Source of the DNA: Gracilinanus agilis
Taxonomy: Eukaryota
Length of the DNA stretch: 64,000 nucleotides
Direction of reading: 5' to 3'
Assembly (NCBI RefSeq): GCF_016433145.1
Contig: NC_058133.1
Coordinates: forward strand, 169,248,689-169,312,688
A program made the translations under genes and the position numbers. The notes under the pieces were generated by a model that had not been told where the DNA came from, did no database searches, and saw only the letters and a list, made by a program, of their open reading frames with translations. Shown here one piece after another: positions 1 to 11,325 of the stretch; position 1 is the first letter of the stretch; the number at the start of each line of letters is the position of its first letter.

Positions 1-203
1 TGAGAAGGGGCCACGGCGGGAAGAGAGAAAGNNNNNNNNNNNNNNNNNNNNNNNNNNNNNNNNNNNNNNNNNNNNNNNNNNNNNNNNNNNNNNNNNNNNN
101 NNNNNNNNNNNNNNNNNNNNNNNNNNNNNNNNNNNNNNNNNNNNNNNNNNNNNNNNNNNNNNNNNNNNNNNNNNNNNNNNNNNNNNNNNNNNNNNNNNNN
201 NNN

Positions 204-960
204 TTCTCTCTCCACCCCCCCCTCTTTTTCCTCTCGCGCTCGCTCTCGCGCCTTTCCCCTCCCACTCTCCTTCCTTCCTCCCCCAGCACGTGATACGCAA
301 AGAGGCGCGCGCCCGTCGTCCTGCCACGAGCCACCTTCTCCGGATTCGAGGATCAGCCTCCTCCGGTCACGTGACATTCACAAGCCCTCCTTTTCCTCCC
401 TGCCACGCAGGCCCGCCCCTCTCTCTCGCGCTCTCTCTTTCCCTTTGCCGGTGTCACGTGCCGAGGGAGAGGAACTCGTCACGCTTCCCTCCGCCTTCTT
501 TCCTTTCCCGGCTTCAGTTCCCCCCCTCAATCCCCCGTGCTCCCGGCCGCCATGTTTTCTGACCGGGCCTGGCTTTGGCTTCCCCCATAAGGAAATGGCC
601 AGGGAGCGCCAGGGAGCCCTGTGGCCGTCGCTACCGCGGAGCCCGAGCTAACGAAGCTGGAGGGAGGCCATGGCGTCCAGCAGTAACTGGTTGTCCGGGG
701 TGAACGTAGTGCTGGTGATGGCCTACGGGAGTTTGGTGAGGAGCGACCCCCCACACTCACCCCTCCCTCCCCCGTGACCAGCCCTGTCCCGAGGCTGACC
801 GTCCACGCCCTCCTGGCTCCGCGCCCACCCCCAGCTCCCCTCGTGCCGGCACCCTCACTCTACTGACCCGCCCAACCGGGTTGGGGGAAGTCCCGCTCAC
901 CTGGATCTCCGAATTTGGGGGGAAATGGGAAGGGGGCTGTGGGGAGCCGCAGCTGGAGCT
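204..960. promoter_or_regulatory. CpG island / probable bidirectional promoter (C1orf43 on +, UBAP2L expected on -)
   Basis: CpG-dense in an otherwise CpG-poor sequence. CACGTG at 287-292, GTCACGTGAC at 366-375, GTCACGTG at 453-460, YY1-like CCGCCATGTT at 547-556. The UBAP2L assignment is from human synteny only; no UBAP2L coding sequence is visible. Confidence 0.75.
670..735 (+). CDS. C1orf43: C1orf43 (NICE-3) exon 1
   Basis: gccATGg start; MASSSNWLSGVNVVLVMAYGSL matches the recalled human N-terminus; donor gtgag at 736. Confidence 0.96.
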
Positions 961-1002
961 TTCAGCTCTTAGAGGGGTCTCCAAGGCTGATTTCCCCCCC
1001 AG

Positions 1003-1104
1003 GTATTTGTGCTGTTGTTCATTTTTGTGAAGAGGCAGATAATGCGTTTTGCTATGAAGTCTCGAAGAGGCCCTCATGTCCCTGTGGGGCACAACGCTCC
1101 TAAG
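1003..1104 (+). CDS. C1orf43: C1orf43 exon 2
   Basis: cag|VFVLLFIFVKRQIMRFAMKSRRGPHVPVGHNAPK|gtggg; 102 nt, phase 0-0. Confidence 0.96.
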
Positions 1105-1575
1105 GTGGGTCTCTGGAAATTCTCTGAAGTTCATGATCAGCAGTTTTTAAATGAAAAGATAAGGTTTTTTCTCCATCTCTGGCATATAGCCCTAATCTAC
1201 TTAAGGCCCATCTACATAATTTGAGATTGTGGAAAGAACACTACTGTAGGAAAACCTGAGTTTCAGAAATGCTGCCTGTTGATTGTCAGTTGGTGTTTTT
1301 TAAGTATTCCCCCTGTAATTTATTGCCTGGATGCTGGATGATTTTTGATGGGTCTCTTGAGTGTTGGAGAATCCTAGTCCCATTTCTTCCTGGGTACTTC
1401 CCCAGGTACCAGAAGTCAAAAGATTTTAATTTGCTTCCTCTTCCTGACCAATCGTTTTATTACCCTGCCCCAGAGATTACTGCATTTTTAAATTGGTGGG
1501 AGGTATTAATAATAAAGGAAACCCTCAAGGATAAGCATTCTAAGATGATTGCTGTTCCCTTCTCCATGTGAGCAG

Positions 1576-1693
1576 GATCTGAAGGAAGAGATTGACATCC
1601 GACTATCCAAGGTCCAGGATGTAAAGTATGAACCTCAGCTCCTTGAAGAGGATGATGCCAGACTTTTACAGCTGGAGACACCAGGAAATCAAC
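1576..1693 (+). CDS. C1orf43: C1orf43 exon 3
   Basis: cag|DLKEEIDIRLSKVQDVKYEPQLLEEDDARLLQLETPGNQ|gtatgg; 118 nt. Confidence 0.95.
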
Positions 1694-1896
1694 GTATGGG
1701 GCGAGTTTTCCACCTTGGGGATCAGTAAATTTGGAAAGCTAGGAGCTCAGAGTTTATTTTCTGGGAGCTGAGAGTTAGAAGTGCCTATGAAATCATAACT
1801 TTGCTTGCTTTTTGTTATAGTTGATCTAAGAGAGCAGGCTTAATAGTAAAAGGGTATTGGGAATGGTATTCCTGATTCAAGCAATTATCTTTACAG

Positions 1897-1950
1897 ATTG
1901 CTACAACTACCTGTACAGAATGAAAGCATTGGATGCCATTCGTGCCTCTG
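1897..1950 (+). CDS. C1orf43: C1orf43 exon 4
   Basis: ttacag|(H)CYNYLYRMKALDAIRAS|gtaagg; 54 nt, phase 1-1. Confidence 0.95.
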
Positions 1951-2274
1951 GTAAGGGTCAGTCAGGTCTGGGAAGGTCTCTAAAGGGATCCTGATGCTCT
2001 AGTTAGAAAAGAAGCTTAAAGCCCACATCATAAGGATAAGAATAAATCTATCCTATCCTTACTGGGGCACATTTGTCTTAGGAATTCCCTTGAATCTACA
2101 GAATATATTTCCTTCCCTTGGGGACCAACTTGATGAGGAAAGCCAATCGTTCTTTAGAGATATTTTGCCAATGATTCCCTTTATTTTTTGGATAAGGAGG
2201 ATGGGAGAAGGGAAACAGTTTGCTGAATTCTTAGAAGGCAGGAAAGATCTGCTTCAATTTCACCTCATATTAGA

Positions 2275-2495
2275 ATAGGCAGTTAAAAAGCCCAATGGGT
2301 AAGAGTGCTAGACCTGGAGGTAGGAAAATCTGTGTTCAAATCCACCTCAAACACTATGATCCTGAGGAAGTCACTTAACCTGATCTGGCCTTAGTTTCCC
2401 TGTCTATAAAATTAGAATAATAGTAGTACCTACTACTTCAGGTGGTTGTGAGGATCAAATAAGAAAATATTTGTAAAACTCTTTGCAAAACTTTA
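2275..2495 (+). mobile_element. MIR-type core SINE (old)
   Basis: tRNA-like head, core gtcacttaacc...tagtttccctgtctataaaat, tail gttgtgaggatcaaat. Ends are approximate. Confidence 0.7.
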
Positions 2496-3343
2496 AAACA
2501 GTTATATAGGTGCTATATTTTGGTATTTTTTTAACTTACATATTCTGTGATATTAAGGATTCTTGCCGTTACTGCTAGAAAAGGATAAACATCTAGTTTT
2601 ATCAGCACTTATTTTACAAATGGGAAATGGTTTGCTGAAGGTCATAGACTAGCTAGTGAGTGGTAAAACCTCAGTCTCTTGACTTTTAGTCTACTAGTCC
2701 ATCTTCTTAACTGCTTTCTTTGAAAGTAGAGACCTGGCCTCTAGGGAAAAACATCCCTAATGATAAGCAATCCCAGGTTAGGACCCCTAAACCAAGAGAA
2801 ATGAGGGAGGGGGAGCTAAGACAGATAGACATCTCAGAGGTGAAGGCAAAGGAGGGTTACAAAGAAATATCACAAGGCCTTAGGTTTCAGGCCCCTATTT
2901 GAATTCTATATTCCCTGAGCCTAAACCCTGAATCTCCACCCAAAATCCCGCTCCTAATCAAGCTGAAAAGTGATCAGAAGATACTCTGATCAGAAGGAAT
3001 AGGAATAAACATATAGAACCAAAGCTATAGAAGGTTTACCCATACATACCCACTTTTTAAAAATGTTAATAGATTCTTAAATGGTGGGAAATAGATAAGA
3101 AACCCAAGAAGTTGAGGAGTAGATCCTCCCATTCACAGAATCCACTATTTGCTACCCTTACCAAATAGTTGTTGAAGCCTATATGTTTGGCTTCTGTTAT
3201 TCCTTCCAGAATTTCCTATGACTTACTTAAAAGTTTCATTCCCTTATTTGAAGAATTATTGATCAAGATTACTTGGGGGTACAAGACATTCTTTACAGTA
3301 AGTGCTTAAAGAAGTATTTTCATCATGTCTTTACCTTTTTCAG

Positions 3344-3510
3344 AGATCCCATTCCATTCAGAAGGCCGACATCCTCGATCCTTGATGGGCAAGAATTTTC
3401 GATCATATCTGCTGGAGCTTCGAAACACAAGTACTCCCTTCAAGGGTGTCCGAAAGGCCCTCATTGATACCCTGTTAGATGGTTATGAGACAGCTCGATA
3501 TGGAACTGGA
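3344..3510 (+). CDS. C1orf43: C1orf43 exon 5
   Basis: cag|(E)IPFHSEGRHPRSLMGKNFRSYLLELRNTSTPFKGVRKALIDTLLDGYETARYGTG|gtaagt; 167 nt. Confidence 0.96.
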
Positions 3511-3610
3511 GTAAGTCAGTTGATCTGTTTGCTACTTGTGGATTTCTTATTTGAAGTGGAAACAGTAGAGAACAGAGCTTAAAAGATTCCTACCCTCTTT
3601 TTCTCCTCAG

Positions 3611-3669
3611 GTCTTTGGCCAAACAGAATATCTACATTATCAGGAAGCACTGAGTGAACTGGCTACCGC
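3611..3669 (+). CDS. C1orf43: C1orf43 exon 6
   Basis: ctcag|VFGQTEYLHYQEALSELAT(A)|gtgagt; 59 nt. Confidence 0.95.
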
Positions 3670-4761
3670 GTGAGTGTGGGTAAAACATGTCAAAGTAGGG
3701 CTGGTTGTGAGTTTTCGTTTTGTTTTTAATACTTTATATGTAAAATATATGAGGACCCAAAATATTAGAGGACCCAATAGTACTGAACTGACATTGGGGG
3801 GGCACCATCAATAGAAAATAAAATAGACAAAATGCCTGTGATGCCAGGCAACTTTCTATAAACAATGTCTGGTAAAGGGAGTTGAATCTACTTGTGATAG
3901 ATAGATTGATAGATGGCAAAGTGAAAAAAAGAACTAGATTTGCATTCAGTAGTACATGGATTTATTATATATGATGACTTGGACAAATCTCTTTTTTCTG
4001 AGCCTCACCTATAAAAATGAAGGAGACAACCTAGAATCTAGATGACTCAAAGATATCCCTTATGTTAATAAATGTTAATAAAGTGGCAGTATACTGTGTG
4101 CCAGGCATTGATAAGCACTGGAAAGGCAATAGAAAGATGAAAATGGAACAATGTCTCCAAATAACTTACCTTTCAGAGGGAGAAACAGAATTTATTTGGA
4201 GAATATAGATAATATGAGCTAATTTGGGAAAGGGGGCACTAGTAGCTCTAAGAAATCAAGAAAAACTTCTTGTAGAAAGAAGGTGGTTCTTGAGCTGAGT
4301 TTTGAAGGAAACCAGAGATTCTGAGAGGCAGAAGGAAAGTGGGGGGTGGGGTGAGGGATGGAGCATTCTACTTTAAAAACCTAGTGTCCCCAGATCCTGG
4401 AATGTGAAATGTCTTTGAAGAAGAGTAAGTCAACAAGTCTGGATGGACAATAAAGTAAATGGAGGGTAGAGGAATGTGGTATGTGAAGACTGGAAAAGTA
4501 GAATGCTTGAGATTTTATGATTTAAAAGGGAAGGGAGAGGTTGGTTTTAAGCTTCATGTAATAAAAATTTGGCACATATTAGAGAAAGGAATGTTCTTTT
4601 TCAAAATTAAGTTGAATTATAGCAAACTACAATGTGCATATGGAGGGAGGGAGGGATGGAGGCAGAGACCATTAGTTCATTGACCATTAGAGTCAATGAG
4701 CTCTGAACTGTGATCTTTCTCTTGTGTTGGTCATAACTTATTTTCTCCTTGGATGCTTCAG

Positions 4762-4960
4762 TGTCAAAGCCCGTGGTGGAAACTCCCAGCGTCAGCATCA
4801 GTCGGCAGCTAAGGATCTAACACAATCTCCTGAAGTTTCCTCCCCAACAACTATCCAGGTCACCTATCTGCCCTCCAGCCAGAAGAGTAAAAGAGCCAAG
4901 CACTTCCTAGAGCTGAAGAGTTTTAAGGATAACTACAACACACTAGAAAGCACCCTTTGA
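4762..4960 (+). CDS. C1orf43: C1orf43 exon 7 (terminal coding)
   Basis: cag|VKARGGNSQRQHQSAAKDLTQSPEVSSPTTIQVTYLPSSQKSKRAKHFLELKSFKDNYNTLESTL*. The seven exons total 765 nt = 254 aa + stop. Confidence 0.96.
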
Positions 4961-5614
4961 CTGAATTTGAGGAGAGCCATAGCTAATGTGGCTCCAATAA
5001 GAGAATCCAGTCTCAGTACCCAGGGATTTCTCCAGGGCAGCAAACAGAGCAGCACTGGACAGCATTGATACCATTAGGCCCAGAATTCCTGCAGTGTATG
5101 CCTGGAAATCCTTCCTTAGCTTCTTTCTCTGGTCTGCTGTAGAACTCCACATTAGGGGCAGTCTTTTCCCCCCTCCACTAGCATTTTTATGGATTTGAAT
5201 CCACATATTCTCCCTTTGTATGTCACTTTCTCCTTACCCCAACTTGTTTTTGATCATGGTTATTTTTTGCTCTCCTAAAGTCAGTTTTACTCTAAATGGG
5301 TTGGGGTGGGGGGAGGGCACATGATGGTAGAAATGGAAACCACAGAGCCCCTATCTTATGCAGTTGGATGGGGGACTCCAGCCCATGGACATGTCATTTA
5401 AAGTTATGGAATAAGATGGGCAAGAGGAACTAGGATGTTGTACTTAAACCAAGCTCTGTTGAGATTTGTATTGTGTTTTAAGTGCACTGCCTTGACCTTT
5501 TCGAATACTGTAGATCAAGGCAAGTGACTATGGGGAACTGTTGTGACATAGGCACTAATTCCTTATTCCCCCAATAAGTCACTACATTGGTCTCACTTTA
5601 TAAACTGGTTATTT

Positions 5615-5620
5615 AATAAA
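5615..5620 (+). terminator. C1orf43 polyadenylation signal AATAAA
   Basis: First clear AATAAA after the stop (about 655 nt downstream), followed by a U/GU-rich stretch. Confidence 0.6.
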
Positions 5621-5871
5621 ACAGCTGTAAAAAAATAAGTATTATTTGTTGCTGATTTCTGCTTCTACCTGTCTGAAGTAGCTCAACATGGTGGGGGAGG
5701 GGGTTCTCTATGTGTACACCTGTGAGGCTATGGTGAGGCTGTTTCTCCTGAAATTATAACTATAGTGCTGCTTCTGGATACCAGCATAAGAGGTCCTGGA
5801 TTTGGGTCTACTCTTCTTAGGTGGTGGTGGGGTCACTCTTAGAAGACTGAAGAACTAGGATTCCCTTTCAG

Positions 5872-5901
5872 GTCACCTAGGCAACAAGCCAGGTGACCAA
5901 T
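5872..5901 (+). promoter_or_regulatory. CFAP141 promoter: RFX X-box-like site plus CCAAT box
   Basis: GTCACCTAGGCAAC (5872-5885) fits GTNRCC-N-RGYAAC; CCAAT at 5897-5901; about 110-160 nt upstream of the start codons of a motile-cilia gene. Confidence 0.6.
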
Positions 5902-6035
5902 CAGGGCCTAGGCCTAGGGTATTATTGGAGGCATGCCTAGTAACCAGGGTAATTGAGATCAGTGAAAGGACAAAACAGGAAGAGCAACAGTCAACAATGT
6001 CTATCCGGCCTAGTAAGCTCCCAACAAACTTGGGG

Positions 6036-6074
6036 ATGCCCCTGACCTTGGACCAGGTTATAAAGATAGAAGAG
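6036..6074 (+). CDS. CFAP141: CFAP141 (C1orf189) exon 1
   Basis: MPLTLDQVIKIEE|gtatgg, comparable to recalled human MSVEKMTKVEE. An in-frame upstream ATG at 5997 is an alternative start. Confidence 0.7.
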
Positions 6075-6376
6075 GTATGGCAGTGATGAAGCATTGATGG
6101 GGTTTCCCAGATCTATTTCCCCAGAATGTGGGAAGCAAAGATTTTGTGAAGAGATCTCTACCCCAGTAACACTACCTCCCCCAGGATTGGGATATGTTGC
6201 TTTCCATGTCAATGTTGAAATATTTTGAATGATGTGTGGCCAGCCATTACTCTTACCTGTTTCTGAAGAGGTGATGGTGGGGAAAGGATTCCCTAAGTTC
6301 CTCTAAGCTAAGCTAACCAATGGGTGCTAGGGTGGGCTCTTGGTAACTGTGCTGACCAGGTACATTTTCCTTGCAG

Positions 6377-6417
6377 AGTTACAAGAGGGTAGTAGCATTT
6401 GAAAAGGCTGTTAAGAG
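6377..6417 (+). CDS. CFAP141: CFAP141 exon 2
   Basis: ttgcag|SYKRVVAFEKAVK(S)|gta; 41 nt; phase matches exons 1 and 3. Confidence 0.8.
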
Positions 6418-6881
6418 GTAATTTACCTACGCCCTCCTCCATCCCTAGCCCTTCCAATGACTCCTGCCTCCTGTGTTCTCCATTCTCAACCTATTCCTCA
6501 ATATTATAATTATCTCAGTAGTTCAGGGAGAGATAAGAATTAGCTTTGTTTCACATACCTAAACAAATGTAAGTCCATAGCTATGCATCAATGCTCCCCA
6601 GATTAGACTACACTCGTCAGTTATCCCCTTTCTCTAGTTTCTGTCTCCCAAGATACCCTGAATGTAAACGGGGGTGGTCAATAAGGGGGAGCCTTTGTTG
6701 AGATCTTGATCCATTCCCAGCAGTATAATGAATACTTCTTAGAGGTTCCAGTGAGGTATAGTAGACAATACCTATACTTGAGCTTAACTATGTAGGAAAT
6801 ATAAGATAGAAATTCTAGGTTACAGAGATGCCCAATAGTATTATGTGCTAACACAAATCCATCTCACATCTCCTGGGGCAG

Positions 6882-7011
6882 TTGGAAAAATACAGTGGTG
6901 CAGTGTGTATGGCAGGCAACAATGGACCAGAGGAGGAACCCTTATGCTATCCTGAGAATGCAAGACACTGCGGAACAGGAGATGGCAATGGCCAACAAAC
7001 AGCTGCTGATT
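6882..7011 (+). CDS. CFAP141: CFAP141 exon 3
   Basis: cag|WKNTVVQCVWQATMDQRRNPYAILRMQDTAEQEMAMANKQLLI|gtgagt; the QRRNPYA.LRMQDT motif matches recalled human C1orf189. Confidence 0.9.
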
Positions 7012-8284
7012 GTGAGTGGGTCAGCCCTACTATTGGACCCTTTTGCTCGCTAGGATCCCCAGGGCCATTCATAGTCTACCCTGATCCACTTTGCTAGCAG
7101 CTAGCTGGACTTAACATGTCCTCAATTCACCAGTCTTTTTCATTCTAAGTAGCAGAGCTTTGAATTCAGCAACTTGTTATATATTTTGATATTCAAATAT
7201 AACAAATTCTCCAGGGCCTAGCACAATGACTGTCACACAGTAGGCTCTTTTTTAAATATTTATTTTTCAAAACCTGTACCTTCCATCTTGGAATCAATAA
7301 TGTATATTGGTTCCCAGGCAGAAAAGTGGTAAGGGTTAGGCTAGACTTTTTCCCCCCACTTTTTTTACCAACTGCCACTTTTATTCTTCCGTTCCCTGGT
7401 TAAAACTTGGGAAAGGGTAAGTAAGGAAACTTAGCAAGTAAGATGCTGCCATCTAGACCCATTGGATGGGCCCAAGTGTGTCCTGAGCAGCAAGTTCCTG
7501 GCCCTCCAGCTAAGTGGGTGGAGAAATGAAGCAAACACCTCTCAGCAGTAGGCCAGGTCCTGAGGCTCATATACCTGTCCCCTGCTGATAAAGAAAGCCC
7601 ATGGGGTACTAGAGACCCAAGACACTCCAAGGGGCAAGGGCCAACACCCCCTCCAGGAGAAGGGGCAAAGAGAGAGCCAATAATGACATTCTACACTCCT
7701 AACGGGGTAAAGGAGGCCAGACACTATATACAAAAAGGGAGCAATCTAGTCCATTTGGAAATCCCTTCTCATCTATCTCATTCCACCAGAAGATCAAATT
7801 TCTCAGCAGCTTTAAACTGGTGACATGCCTAGGGCCTCACAGTGAGGAAGTATCTGAGGCCAGATTTGAACCCAAGGCTTCCCATCTCTAGGCCTTGCTT
7901 GAAACCCATTGAGCCACCTCACTGCCCCCATAGAAGACTCTTAATAAATATTTATTTATTGGTTGATTCTCTGATCTTTTTTCCTTAGTGCTTCTCTAGC
8001 TTCCTAGACTCAAATTACTTCAAGTTGCCCCAGGAATTGCCTTTTTTTCTATTTCCCTAGTGTCCCTTAACTTCTGTTGTGCCATATTAGGCTCACCTAG
8101 CTTGAAGAAATGATGTTTTGCTCCGTGTTCATTTGTACAAAGTGTAGGCTACCTTCTCTGACCTACCTACCTCTTGTCCCCTGTGTTCAGTTTAAAAAAA
8201 CCAAACCAACCCCAAAAGCTAGACAAGTATAAAGGGTGGTAGGTGGGTGGGTACCAGAAGACAAGTGTCCACACTTTACTCTGA

Positions 8285-8401
<117 letters not shown>

Positions 8402-9568
8402 AGGCATCAGAGGCACTGTCCCTTTTTCTCTAACCATTCATACTTCGGGGTCCCCGAGGCCTAAAATTTTCTCCCTAAGATAAGTCTGGATCAGGCTATC
8501 TGCCTAGAACCAGGCTGTCCATTTTTCATCTGTATTTTTTTTTTTTTTTTTTTTTTTTGGTAAAGGTGATATATTAAAAGGCTGATCAAGGCAAGAGTGA
8601 CCTCTTGTGATCAATTCAGGGAGTGTAATTCTGGTGAATACTAGCTGGGAGGGAGAGAGGGGCATTGTTTGATGCATTCTGGTTATTAATGATGATGATT
8701 TTGGTTGTTAATAGTTTAAATATGGATCTCCCACTAGGCCACCACTTTAAGCTCAGTCCTTAGGGCTCACCCTTGAAATATATATCAAAACTTCTGTTTC
8801 CACAGTCATCTAATCAGTAGCTTGTTGTCTTCCCCTTTGCAAACTCCTATCAAGTTTCTCTTCCCAAGCCCTTTTCTGTTTAAACACATTCCTTCAGTTG
8901 CTGCTGTTTGTTTTCAAACCTTTTTCTAGCTGACTCACCTATACTTATATATATATAAATATACTATATTTACATAGTATATATATCAATGACTGTCCCA
9001 GTTAAGGCTTCACTTTCCTGTGAGCTACCTTTGCCATTGGGGGATACGCCATCACTCTTCTCCCCCTCCCTAACCTTTCACTGACACCCCACTATTATAA
9101 GGCTGTGAGATGAAGAGGATGGAGATCACTGGAATTGAAGTCAAAAAAGACCAGGTTCAAATGATGAGTCCAGTATTTACTGTGTGGCTAGAGACAGGTC
9201 ACTGCGCCTTGGTCTCCTCTTTTTCAAATGGTGATAATATTTGCACTGCTTACATTTCATAGGACTGTTGAAAGTTTAGTTTTGAAATATTTAAAGCTCT
9301 GTAGAAATGTGAGCTACTCACACTCCTACCACAACCACTGATGATCTTGTCTGCTCTGCCCAAGATTTCCTACTTCAACCCAGCACTTGTTGATCCAAGC
9401 CCTTATTCCCACTTCAGGAATCCAAAACTCCAAGCTGTATTAGTCACCACGGTTTCCACCTACAAAAATAACTAACTGCTGCTAAAGGCTTGACTTGGGC
9501 ATTGAGTTAGGGAAGCTGGCCCTATTGAAGGACAAACATTCTCTAAGTCAATGACTTTCAAAGCATTA

Positions 9569-9765
9569 TCTAGGTAGCACTGTGGATAGAGAGCCAGGCC
9601 TAGAGATAGGAGGTCCTGGGTTCAAATGTGACCTGACACTTCCTGGCTCTGTAACCCTGAGCAAGTCACTTAACCCCCATTGCCTAGCCCTTACCACTCT
9701 TCTGCCTTGGAGCCAATACACAGTATTGATTCTAAGGTGGAAGGTAAGGGTTTTAAAAAAAAAAA
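9569..9765 (+). mobile_element. Opossum SINE1-like element
   Basis: Diagnostic 3' part cccattgcctagcccttaccactcttctgccttggagccaatacacagtattga...gaaggtaaggg plus A tail, shared with the copies at 40625, 46868 and 49399. Confidence 0.85.
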
Positions 9766-9774
9766 GTGTTGTCT

Positions 9775-9980
9775 AGGGACACAAAGGGTTGGTCCCCCCA
9801 GACCCTTTTATGTGGTTCATCACGAGGTCAAAACTATCTTCATAATAAGATGTTTTAATTTCTAATATGGTTAATTTTGATAGGCATAACACACATAAAA
9901 AGTTCTTTGGGGAGGGGAGGGTCTTCGATATTTTGAAGAGTATAAAGATGTCCCCAGAAAAAATTTAAGAACTGTGGATT
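9775..9980. mobile_element. Possible old hAT/Charlie-type DNA transposon fragment
   Basis: gaggtcaaaactatcttcataataagatgttttaatttctaatatgg resembles recalled MER/Charlie fossils; ends are not resolved. Confidence 0.3.
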
Positions 9981-10267
9981 AAACCATGTGCAGGAGCTTT
10001 GATGTAATCTCTATGTATGCCTAGCATATTTTCCTCCAGATAAGAAGTTTTTGTGTTTGAAGGTGAGTTCCATTCCTGGAAAAAGATGTAATTTTATGTT
10101 TTGCAATTTAGAATTCTAAAATAATGCTTCCTTAAAGACATTGTTATAAATATTGGTTCAAATTAGATTCTAGTTCAAGGTGAGTATGACCTATGATTTC
10201 ATTGGTGTAGAGAATTATCTTCTATTGAGGAATCTCCATCAATAGACCAGCAATTATTTAACAACTT

Positions 10268-10312
<45 letters not shown>

Positions 10313-10324
10313 TGGTTTGCTAAA

Positions 10325-10510
10325 GGGGAAGCTGGGTGGTTCAGTGAATTGAGAGCCATGCCTGGAGATGGGGAAGTCCAGAGTTCAAATTTAGCCTCAG
10401 ACATTTCCTGACCCTGGACAAGTTACTTAACCCCAACTGCCTAGCCTGTACTGTTCTTCTGCCTTGGAACAGATACTCAGTATCTATTTTAAAACTGAAG
10501 ATAAGGGTGT
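10325..10510 (+). mobile_element. SINE1-like element (diverged)
   Basis: gctgggtggttcagtgaattgagagcc...gttcaaatttagcctcagac...cttctgccttggaac. Confidence 0.75.
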
Positions 10511-10724
10511 TTTTTTTTTAAGTTCACTTAAATCTTACTTAAACTGGCTTTAAAAAGCCAGTGTGGATCAGGAACCATAACTAATCCCAAATTTCCATAA
10601 TTCTGAAGCTGGTTGGACATCTAATAGGTAAGTAGATAATGCGAATTACAGATTGAACAGGTTTTCAAAGACTAGTATAGAAACTTAAACTTTGATCATA
10701 CTGTTTCTTTTTTTTTTTATCCCT

Positions 10725-10911
10725 TCTTTTTTAGCATAGATACTAAGTATCTGTTCCAAAGCAGAATTGCTATATGAGCTAGGAGGCAATCGAAGTTATA
10801 AGTGACTTGTCCAGGGTCACACAGCTAGTATGTATCTGAGGTCACATTTGAACCCAGGACACTTCCCATTTCCAGGCATGGCTTTCTATCCACTGTATCC
10901 TTTAACTGCCC
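10725..10911 (-). mobile_element. SINE1-like element (diverged)
   Basis: Reverse complement of the same consensus with a T-tail on the left. Confidence 0.75.
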
Positions 10912-11192
10912 TGATCACATTGTTTCTAAAAGGAAATGTATTATGAGCTCCAAACGGACATAAATAAACTTTTAGAACACAATTCACTAAAAAATTTTTA
11001 TATACTCCTTTCTCTGTACCCCTGAAACTCCTCCAGACTACATCAAATTATATGCTATTTATTTGTTCCTCTTATTTTCTCAACAGCTTTCTTTTTTTTC
11101 ATGCTCCTAAATTGGGTGAGATTCTTGCTTGGGGAATAGAACATCATGAATTTATTTTCTTTCATTTCTTTCTTCCTTCCTTCCCCCTGTTA

Positions 11193-11325
11193 GTAAGGGC
11201 TAGGAAATGGGGGTTAGGTGACTTGCCCAGGATCACATAGCTAGGAAGTATCTGAAGTCAAATTTGAACCCAGGCCATCCCATCTCTAAACTTGGCTCTC
11301 TTTCCACCAAGCCACCTAGCTACCC
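11193..11325 (-). mobile_element. SINE1-like element (partial)
   Basis: gtaagggctaggaaatggggg...tgacttgcccagg...tttgaacccagg...ccacctagctacccc. Confidence 0.7.

Noticed and set aside
1-203. UBAP2L coding sequence
   Set aside because: Only 31 nt precede an N gap; no UBAP2L peptide is recognisable, so it is mentioned by synteny only.
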